From assembly GCF_964204645.1 (NCBI RefSeq), contig NW_027437477.1, positions 1-60,000 of the forward strand: 60,000 bases of DNA, in the 5' to 3' direction. Every line of letters begins with the position of its first letter. Positions within the stretch are counted from its first letter, which is position 1. The position numbers and the translations under genes are program-made. Origin of the DNA: Tubulanus polymorphus (lineage: Eukaryota > Animalia > Nemertea). Shown here piece after piece: positions 50,001-60,000 of the stretch. Below the pieces are notes generated by a model. That model was given only the letters and a program-made list of their open reading frames with translations. It had not been told where the DNA came from and made no database searches.

Positions 50001-53000
50001 AAGGCTTCGAGCTTTTCGGGTTCAAAATACGCGTGGTTTTCATAAGAAAAGGGAGGCACGCACGCCCTATGAAATTGATTTTCGTTCTAATTCTGTTACG
50101 TGTTTGTTGGCTTTTGGGTTTGGACCGGCGGCCGTTGAAAAGTTCAGGATACTAGTCTGAAAAAACGGATTTATAAGCGAACGCCAGATCTAACCTGATA
50201 GCACGTAATGCAACGACAGCATATCAAACTGTACCCAGCTGAAACTCTCCGTGAAAACCAGTGACAAACAGGCGTTATTTTTTCTGATTCCAGTGTTCTG
50301 CATATTCTCGAATCGATATTTCCTGATTGTGATAACCTTGTCGTATTCAATGTCGTCTGAAATTTGAAGAGGGAATGATTTGTCAGACGAATGTTGAAAT
50401 CGACGCGCGATGGGCTAAATTTCAGCAAATCATGACCCGACTATTGAGAGGACAACTGTTTGAATATATGTGATACAGCAAAAATAAAACCTTACAATAA
50501 CGTCACCTGGATATCCGAAAGCGACGATGCTACAAATTCTAGCATTCTTCGTGAGTTTAACGACGAGTTTTGAAACGGTATTCGCTTGACACATATACAT
50601 CACATCACTGTTAGATACAGCGTACTGTTGCGCAACTACGCGACAATCCACGGTTCGATTCGTGTCATTCACCGTCATTAGTAAACTGTCTGTGATCGTT
50701 TCTCGTCGATGAGGTGAAGGGGCTGAAAGCAGAGATACGCCACGTCATGTAACGTCCGACAAACTGAACAGTATTTTCCCCGCAATAAAAGTTACCGAAT
50801 TCGTTGATAGTTTTCATGAAATATAATCAGGGTCTTTTCGACAAGTTCCAAAAATATCTAAGAGATCGGTTGCAGGTCCAGCGAATATTCTCATAATCAA
50901 CACAGCATGAACCGCGAGATTATTATATCATGATGGATGTCTCATTGCGCAGGTTTGATATTGCATTTTTGACATACTGTTTTGAATTTTACTCGACTAA
51001 TCGCAGTATTTAAGATCAATCTCTTAGATACTTTCCAGATGTTGCCAATACGCAAAGGCAAAAAATTTTCAACGGATACGATGTTTCTATCGCTGAGGAA
51101 ATACTTTTCAAATAGCGATTCACTTGAACGGGACACCAAACATATACCAGGAAGTAAAACAAAGGTTTCACACGGAAAAAAACCAGAACCAGAAGCTATT
51201 TACCCAGAGTCGGTTGTTTGATGTAAAAGTACATTTTCAACGATGTCTCCGTCATATACTTAGCGCAGATGACGTCATAGCCTACGCCGCTGATCTTCAT
51301 TTTGTACGTGGTCATCATTCCCGGCTCGCGCGTCATGTCGGTGACGTCATCCGATTCTAAGACGACGTCACCTTCGGGAATGATAGCGATCACGTCTCCT
51401 CCCGTTACGGGTATTTCGATTTGATATCTCTTTTTCAAATATGGAAACCAACGAAATTCTTCCTTTACGCGAACCCGGGCGACGCCTTCTAGTTCGAATC
51501 GTTGAAATTCGTCGACGTCGGAGCAATCCATCGCATTACTTGATTCGAACGTCTGGAAGATTCCAATTCTGGGCGAAACGATTTTGAGATTTTCCGTTGT
51601 AGTTATTTCAATGAGATTCACCGGGCCTTTCAATTTACCGATCCGAAAGTAGCCGTCTATACCACCGGAACTGAGGTAAGCTACGGAATATAGCGTGCCG
51701 AATAAACCTGTCGGTATAACAGTTAAATACATGGCGGGATCAGTGTGAACTCGAGTTTTGCTGTTTACTGAATCGTTCGTGTAGTTTTTGCCTTTCAGGT
51801 TCGTCATATTTCCAAAAACGAAAACGCGATTTTCTGTAAATTAACATTTAAAAATGCATTCAAATAATCCTTAGAATCCTTAATTCTATAGCAGGCGTTT
51901 TGAGATGGACAGAAAAGGGGAAATAAAAGATTAGAATTCTTTTATTATTTGAGTATTTTCCACAGGAAAGCTCGAAATCGGATTTATGCCCAAAGTAACT
52001 AAAAACGCCTTTACAAAGTGTATGCATTTATATATTGAATTGCATATGGAAATAAAACTTGCGTTTTATAGTCTCACAAACAGCGACGGCCATTGTTTTC
52101 TCCGAGGTGGTATTTGTCGGAATCCATTCACTGTTGTACAAGTTGTATAGGACTGAATCGAACACGTTCCGTTTTCCTGTAAAATATGGTGATTTTGATC
52201 AGTGACAATAAAATCTGTGCCTCGTGTTCATTCGAATTCATCTCGCGTCAATGGAAATTACCCGTGGTTAAATGTTGAAATGGGAAATCGTTATCCGACG
52301 ACCCTTGAATCCAGACGTACGTTACTTTCACATTTTGGAGTTGCTTCTCGATATAGTTCGCTTCTGCCTGGCTGTTCAGTTGAAGCAACTAAAACGAGGT
52401 CAAATATCTGGTTAATATATATTTTGACCGTGAATTGAGTTTATCCATGTTCCATAAGTTTGAATAAGGTCTCTGTGATGAAGGTTTTAACGTGCACACT
52501 GTCTGTACCCAGCCACCCTTCCGACCATCACCAATCGGTGGGAATACTTCCCAAAACTTCCCAATATAAAGGATTAAAAATATAGCTGTAATTATTTCAT
52601 GAAACGGGAATCAGGTTTATATTCACCCAATGGATTCGCAAGTAAAAACCGAGAAGGACAGATAGTATGCGGTCAGTACGCGAATAGAACTGGGTGCAGT
52701 GTGGCCCCGCTTTGGGTAAATGTTCGGTTACTCACGTGACCGTTACGCGGGTCTTTATCTTGACAATATCGTTCGGCGTCCCGTCTGGTGAATTGTTGAT
52801 CCGATACTAGATAGCACTGACTGTACAACTCGTAATTCCAACCATCGGGACATTCTATTAATAGATAAAACAGAAAACAAGCGAGAGAATGAAATACATG
52901 GTACAGAAATACACTGAACAATCCATTTAATTTCATCCGTACCTTTTAGAAATGTTTGATGTACCGCATTACCTAGATCGTCTGTCAATAGATAAAAACA

Positions 53001-56000
53001 AGAAAAATAACTTGAACGTTTATTGACGCCTTAACATATATTATATATTGTTGACGTATCCCGATAGCAACAAAACAGATATTAGACGCTGTAGATTTGA
53101 GATGACTTACGACTGCATGGATGAATTAAACAGTAATCCCACCGTATCTTGATATTGATTGTGTAACACCACGGTCCCGGTTCACCGTCCGGATTACGAC
53201 AATAGTTTTGCGCTTTTCCGAAACTTTTCGTTGGAAATGCTTGCGCGTCGAGACTGTGTGCGTGTGGTTTTTGCGAGTTCCACGCTTGACATTCGATGCC
53301 CGTGTATGTTTTGGACGTATGACCTTGAAACATATCACCGTATGACGTCATTTTACATTCCCTTTCTTTTTGCGTCTGCAGTATTTTCAACTCATCGATT
53401 GTGCTTAATTCCACTGAAAATGCCGTTAAAATGGCAGACGTTAGAACTACTAACAATCCCAAAATTATATTCTCGGTCCAGTAGGGCTAACAGTTGTAAG
53501 TTGAGATTTGGCTCCACCGAGTTGAGTGCATCTGATTGAAAATCGATTGATTTAACTCTGGAATCAAACTTAATCAATAACTGTAGAACAAGATCCTGGG
53601 GTCGGTTTTATAGACTGGTATTACCTTTAACCCGGGGGCTAACCCAATTCATTTTCAATTGAGTTAACCCCCCGGTTAAAGGTTATACCGGTCTTTGAAA
53701 CTGACCCCTGGTGAATGAGAATAAAAAACCACATTTTTAAAACTTGTTATCATCATTTTTGTAAAACTTTAAATATTACGTTGGGCGAATTTGATGCGGA
53801 TATTTTGAATGGTATGCGTTCTGTGAAGTTGATATTCAATTACAGTTCCGCTTTCTGTTACGTCACATCCGCCGTTCATCCCAGCCGGTTCACCCTCGAG
53901 TTTTTTACTTCCATCTCGTGTTGTGTGCACTATTTCAGACGTCGATAGAATATCTATTCGATCCTCTGTTCCTGAAACCGAATTTAGGACTTGAATCAAT
54001 CATTTCTATAAATATTCGGCTTCCGAATCCGTCGAAATCCGTCGATTCATGTTGTGTTGCGTGCTATCGCGCAACACAGCCTCTTTATTCGAGCTTACCG
54101 GTATAAATTTGACAAAGACAAGGAAGCTTGATGTTACAGTCAAATAGATCGAGTTCTCCGCCGTATATTCCCGAACATCGCTTGTTACCGAAGTGAGTTC
54201 TATTTGGTGGATGCAAATTCATTTTGATCCAAAGCGGTGTGACGTGTAGATCTGTTAAATGTGGAAATTCTATAATTAATCTGATCATGTCTGATCATCG
54301 ACTCTAAAGCCAATTCGTTTTAGAGCCCATGGTCTGAATTACTAGGTGTATGATATACCTGTAAATTCGTTGCTTATCCTGCGCCATATTTCGGTGAGCT
54401 GACTGGGAAAGAACGGACCCAACTCGGAGCCGAAAAACCTTTTCGCGCAGAAATCTTCGCAATACCAGAACGGCATTATTTCGGAAACTCGAACGAACAC
54501 GCGAGAATGTCCTAAATCAATCCACCTTCTCGGTATTACACGGTCTTTTTGAATCATCTTCATCGGGCCTGAAAATCAACACGGCCATATTGATCGGTAT
54601 CGACAAGATATCAATGATTGTTTCGTTGACTTACCAAAAGGTCTCGAAAAGCAAGTTTTATTTGCGATCTTGATATCGTCGAAAGCCAAAACATCGCTTT
54701 CATTTTGGCGAATCAGTATTCTCACCTGAAATACGTATAGGATATGAGTTTATATTGATATCCATATTTTTCCTCAGATTTTTGTGTAGATATTATTTAC
54801 TGAACCGAAATACAATGATAATCCAAAGGTTAAGTAACGTCCAAATTCAATGAGGACTCTACGTTTGGAGGTTCAATTAAATCTGTATCTATATCGCACT
54901 ATGTATGATCCCTAAAGACTTATAAGAGTTCATTGATACACGATTTTACCAATGTTGGATGTGGGCTTTGAATTTACATAAAAGTCAATCGAAAATTAAC
55001 TAGATTTTGGTCGGTTTGTCCTATCGATACGCACGTCATCTAGCGGGGACATTGGATACTAATTCCATTCAAATGGGTTTGTTTCCAGTATAGGTCGGTG
55101 CTCGCAGATATGAAATGAACTTGAAGAATCGATGAATTACCGAGAATTTCCGAGATGCCGTATTGGTGACGTCTATTTCGGAGTAAGTCCACCGTTTCGA
55201 GGTGCTATACTCAGAGTGAACTGTGATCGGTTCAGAATCGGCACCGAACTCTAAAGTAACGTCAAACACCTTCCTTTTAGTCGTCTTTGTTTTATACCAC
55301 AGTCCAATACAGATGTCCGTATCAAACTCGTTGTGTAGTTCCAGACTACTGTATCCTGCTAACTCAGCCAGCAGATAATGACCTGTACGAATGTAATCAA
55401 AATTTCGTCATAAAAGCAGGCCAGTAACGAAGGTGATATGAAGGATGGCTCCGTAATCTGACCAAAACGGCAAATGTCGTGGGGATAAAGACGAAAAAGG
55501 CTGAAAGCTAATTTCAATGCGTTTGAGTACACTTAATATTCCGATTAAAACAACCAGAAATTTTTGCCCTTCGCAACAAGAAGGCAGGCGTTTGCCTAAA
55601 ACATTCAACCTTTCTGAAGACATTTTCGGGCGAATCTCGGAAATGTTTTAAAGTTTCTTGCGAACCATTTCTTCTAATCCCATGGCTACAGCATCGACAA
55701 GTAAAGTGTGAAGATGAAAATCTAGACGGGGCGGAAAACATGTCCCGTCATCAATGTTCTTCAGTCAGTCGGGGTTTAATATTTACCGTTTGTAACAGCG
55801 CATAATGGAACCTCGTCACAAGCCTCCCAGATTGTTCGCTTATCAGTCGTGTAACACCACGTGTAATTCTTATCAACCTCTCGGCAGTAATTCTGCAGAT
55901 CTTGAATATACGAATCTGACCAGTCACCAGGAATAGACGGTGAGTGCGGTTTCAAACTCGCCCAATTTTGACACATTCGACCGGATGTCGTTTTGTAGTA

Positions 56001-57682
56001 GTTCGATCCGGTAAACAAATCGGTGGCGTCCTTCCATTTGCATTCTATTCCATAAATGACGATAAGATAAAAAGTTTGATTATGGTTACAAGAAATTCCC
56101 CGTCAATGATGATGATCTGGAAGCTTCCTTGGAATTCTGAACGAGATAGATCGCGATAAGAGGTAAACATATTATATATAATCTACGCAGGCCTAGCAAA
56201 GCCAGAAACCCATTATTCATAGTGAATTGTGGCTAGGGCTATTCTATTATCTCCAATTTTGTTTTGTCGAATGAGAATTAAACGATACCTTTTGGCGCGA
56301 ATGTGTGATCGTGTGTGGACCAGGTTTTGCTCGTTGAATTGTTGTCGTTGATCGTAAGACGACCCGACACAACCCGAGTGAAGTTACAAAGTCCATTCTC
56401 AAAATCACAATACAACGGGAAACCTGCTGTTAACGATATGACATTTTTTGATTAATGTAGATTGAATTGTTTTTGTTATTTTGGCATCGGGGATAAATTT
56501 CGACAACTGTTTTTATGAGCAGATATATCGATAAAATCGAGTTGATATCAAACTCATTTTTAAAAGTAATTAGAGACGACATCCATTTTGACCAACGGTG
56601 TATATTGCATAATGATTAATAGTTCAATTGTTTACTCGATGATGGAATTAGGCCCGGACCTATAAAACTAAATCCAACCCACACCGTTCATTATTTTACC
56701 GATAAAACCATTTAAAACCCGTAAAACTGTCAGTTACCGATTACGGTTATTTACAATAGTGACCGTCAAACCGCAATCAACTAATGAATCTGAAATTCGC
56801 ACTTGCTTCAATACAATTCAATTCAATATGTTGATGTTTGAGACAATAAGAATAATGATATTCTACTGATATTGCCAGTAAACACTTAGACAACCTCTCT
56901 TTGACACTCTGCTGATCTGAAACACGTATTTCATTTTCAAATGAAAATAACTTTAATGGCAACGATCCATGGCAACGATTCCGAGGGGAGTGTGGTACGG
57001 CTGCATTAACCGTACAACACAACTTTCACAGAATGTTGATCATTCTGGTGAATTATCGATGATACGGTGTCCGTATAAAAACAGGCAACGACGGGGTGAC
57101 GGGGCGGCGGGGTGATGGGGCGTAGGGGCGGTGGAGTGATGGGCGGCGGGGTGACTGGGGTGACTGGGAGGTCGGGCGGCGGGGTGATGGGAAGGCAGAG
57201 CGACGGGACGGTGGGGTAATGGGGTGGGGCGATGGAGTGGCTGCAGGATCAATAGATATCTTTATGTGGTCTTATATGCTTTTTACCGTTTTTAGATAAT
57301 TTTATTAGTTTTTAAGCAATTGCGAGTCAAACTTCCAAAACTGTAAAAAGGCTTATTAACAATATTCCTCATTCCTCATTCCTTAAATTTCAATGACTCT
57401 TTATACAATTCTAAATAAAAGATCAATTCTATATTATGGACTTCATAGCTCAAGTCTAGTATCGGAACTACGACATAATGTTGTTCTTGGTAACTGCAAT
57501 TTGCCTGTAAGGTATTGATTTTATCAAAACCTTGATTATTGATTGTAGAGACGAACATGTAGCCAGTACATGTAACGTGTATTTACAAAAAATGAAAATG
57601 AACATATATATTACTTACTTTGTTCGGCGTCGGCTTCGGATTGTGAAATCATCAAAATCAACGCGATCAACAATCGATTCAT
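41073..57682 (-). CDS. GRL101-like leucine-rich repeat GPCR with extended mosaic ectodomain (signal, MAM, kringle x2, C-type lectin x3, F5/8-discoidin-like, CUB, ~7 LDLa, LRR, 7TM, kinase-like tail); roughly 30 exons
   Basis: ATG 57682 [17 protein letters not shown]; [25 protein letters not shown]; kringles at 56044-55787 and ~53362-53111 (NYCRNPDG); CTL at ~54568-54099, ~52854-52737 and ~46393-46171; CUB at ~46929-46491; LDLa exons 45652-43870 including [10 protein letters not shown]; LRR+7TM at 43985-42420 ([25 protein letters not shown]); TM7 [13 protein letters not shown]; stop at 41073. Membership of the far N-terminal exons in the same transcript is inferred. Confidence 0.75.
47508..47555 (+). 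repeat. Solitary degenerate copy of the 69-bp hammerhead unit
   Basis: CTGAAGACGACTATTATGATAACCGTCGAATAAAGTACTCAAGGAA versus array CTGAAGATGACTATTAGGATATAGTCGAAACGTCGAATAAACTACACTAGCTCAAGGAA. Confidence 0.6.
49085..49195 (-). mobile_element. tRNA-derived SINE-like element with a TTAGGG-type tail
   Basis: Minus strand GGTCTATGGTCTAGTGGTTAGGGTGCCTGGCTGGCATGCTAGAGGTCGCAGGTTCGAGCCCTGCTAGGGTTAGGGTTAG has A and B boxes but no acceptor stem. Confidence 0.6.
53597..53710. mobile_element. Foldback MITE-like element (same family as 15000-15108), intronic
   Basis: GGGGTCGGTTTTATAGACTGGTAT...ATACCGGTCTTTGAAACTGACCCC inverted arms. Confidence 0.7.
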
Positions 57683-58742
57683 GGTGATCTTTCGAATTCA
57701 CAATGACAACGACGCGTGAGCTTTGACATCGAGTCAGAGTAGACAGAGTTAGGAGATAACATTTCATCAGACAAATTATTCGTATCTAGGCGAATGATAC
57801 ACCCGCTAATAAAGCCAGCAATGATTTATGCGGTGCAACGACGACATGATCGGAGCAATCCACTTCATCAATACTTCATCGCATCGTTTTTATTTCATTG
57901 ATTGCTATTTTCGTTCCACTTCATGAAACAAAACATAACAAAAAAGACAAACAAAAAACGCTTTCTATCGGTCAGTTACTTCCAGGTAATTGAAGAAAAC
58001 GTGACCAATTTACCCAGTTCTCGTAATTGAATTAGGGCTCAGATCTCACTGGTAAAATCTTGGACGCAGGCGAGGACGTCGTCGGAATTCGAGCTCGTAC
58101 GGCCAGTCCGAAAGTGGAATACGTAACCAAAACCGCAGTTTAGTGTGAACTGCGAAAGTGCGCTTGTAAAATGTCTAATGTTCATTTTCAACTTGTCTCA
58201 GATTTGTCTCATTGAGAAATGTTTTTACGGCGTCAAAAAAAAACACGGAGAGAGGTAGATCCTCCCTGCTTGACCCCCTACTACTGTCTCAGGAATACGG
58301 GTCGCAATACTCGCGGTGAACGGTCAATAGCGATGACAACCGGACGAATATTTATTGATGGATTATGACACACGAAGCATCCGTTTAATTCCAATCTTCC
58401 TCGGACTCACGTGATTGTAGCTTCTTCGCCGAGCGGAGATTGATCACGCCGGGCCGGAAGTATCATCGCAGAGCCGACCCAATAACCTCGATTTCAACAA
58501 AGCATTCGATTCCACACGCGCGCAATCAATCAGTTTTTCGATAAAAGCGCAGCCGTTTTGGATTTAATCCCCGGATCATTCAAAAACTCGTTAATGAATT
58601 TGAGTAAATTGAATTACGTGTGTCTTACTTGAATCTGAAAAGAAAGGCCTTAGTGCAGATGTATATTAAGTGTGGCTCTCGTTTGTTACAAGTGAAATCC
58701 TGTCGATTGGAAGTACATCGGGCAAAAGTCCGGGGGAGGAAT

Positions 58743-59260
58743 TATCCATCCCAGAAGTCTACGTTATCGGCGACATATTGGAACCAGTGTTTTTTTCTGA
58801 ACAGACGGTTTTCTTCTGTCGGGTCTTTTGCTTCCGGGACAACGGCTTAAATTGTTGCAAAAATGATTCGTCAACGAAAACTGTTATTTTATCCACTCCC
58901 AAGGCAAGCGTGCCATGCGGACTGAAATACATAAATTCGTTAATTAGTCCCTAATCCATCACAAACAACTGTTGATGTTGAACCGGTGACCGGTAGCAGT
59001 GTCTTAATTAATCTTTCCATGATTTCTTTGTCTTGCAGAAGTGGAATAATTGTTTAATAAGCCAGTGGTCATCTTCACCCATCAGGGGATTCGAACCTAC
59101 TAAGTCGATGGATCTTTGTAGTGCCCGAGCACCTGAGAAAGGATTACTTTTCATTGTCCGAAAGAAAAACATGAACTATCCAAATTTCGAAAAATCTTGA
59201 CAAAGTTTATGACACTGACTTTTTGAAGCGCACTTTGAAAATTTTAGCTGGTTCGTTCGT
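58743..59260. repeat. Second copy of the ~530-bp dispersed duplication
   Basis: Matches 37567-38100. Confidence 0.9.
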
Positions 59261-60000
59261 TAAGATAATCGGAAAATATATAATAATAAACAAATGATAA
59301 TAATCAACAGAATTACAAGTGGGTTTTTGACGAAAGTTAGAAAACCCTAATAATAGTAAAATCTGAAAATTCATACGGTGCCTGTTTCGTTTAAAAAATG
59401 TTCACCAGCGCTTTAAGATTAGCGAAAGCTGCATCTACAGCCCGTACGCTTGGGAATAGTTCCGTTCATAATAAGGTATTTTTTTAAAAGATAAATTCGT
59501 GTTAGTTTTGTTATAATAATTGGACTATATTGTTCACGTCTCAATAAATATAATTCACTTGTGTATTCATTATTCACAATTGAGTTTCCGAAGGGAAGAT
59601 GAAGTGTTGCAGTGTTAAGAAACAGTGTGACGTTTTATAAGCTACAAACTGATGGCAAAGAGCGGCATAGCCTGGAATTAGATTTTTAGACTGGAGTTAG
59701 TTTCATCGCGGACTCTACGAACAGTTTTAGAGTTTGAATAGACTAGGGGTCGGTTTCATAGACTAGCGGTCAGTTTCATGGACTATGTAGGTGATTTAGA
59801 CTAGAATCTAGTAGTTTGTGGATCTTTTTTTCAGCGCAGCAGCTTTTATGTTAATATGAAGTTGTTAGGTTTGGTGATTACATCAGCGGATGAGAAATTA
59901 AAAAAAAAGATTTTACTATCATTATTATCAATATTATTATCAATTCTATGGCAGCTGCTCGATTCCTGAAGAAAATGTTTCCTCAATCTGTAGGTGACAA

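Noticed and set aside
57095-57240. GC-rich ORF 57040-57252
   Set aside because: Degenerate G-rich simple repeat within the first receptor intron.

Overview
AT-rich, intron-rich animal genomic DNA, most likely a marine invertebrate; the gene content (GRL101-type receptor, MAM/kringle/CTL mosaics) is lophotrochozoan/deuterostome-like. Genes from left to right: the 3' exons of a neurocalcin/hippocalcin-like EF-hand gene; a large repeat-rich C2H2+PHD protein; an uncharacterised 897-aa protein; two tandem paralogs of a small secreted protein inside a segmental duplication; a secreted PAN/apple protein; a CD225/dispanin protein; an intronless class A GPCR; and a ~16.6-kb multi-exon GRL101-like LDLa-LRR-7TM receptor with an unusually long mosaic ectodomain. 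The most striking element is the 69-bp tandem array filling the last neurocalcin intron (about 1021-3840). Each unit reads as a minimal type I hammerhead ribozyme of the Penelope/retrozyme kind, giving about 40 head-to-tail ribozyme motifs on the sense strand of the pre-mRNA, preceded by an inverted copy. Also notable are a kringle exon inserted inside a MAM domain, a degenerate kinase-like tail on the receptor, paralogs with identical 5' halves but divergent 3' exons, and reciprocal minisatellite births in the two duplicated copies. All calls were made by eye; exon coordinates are manual.
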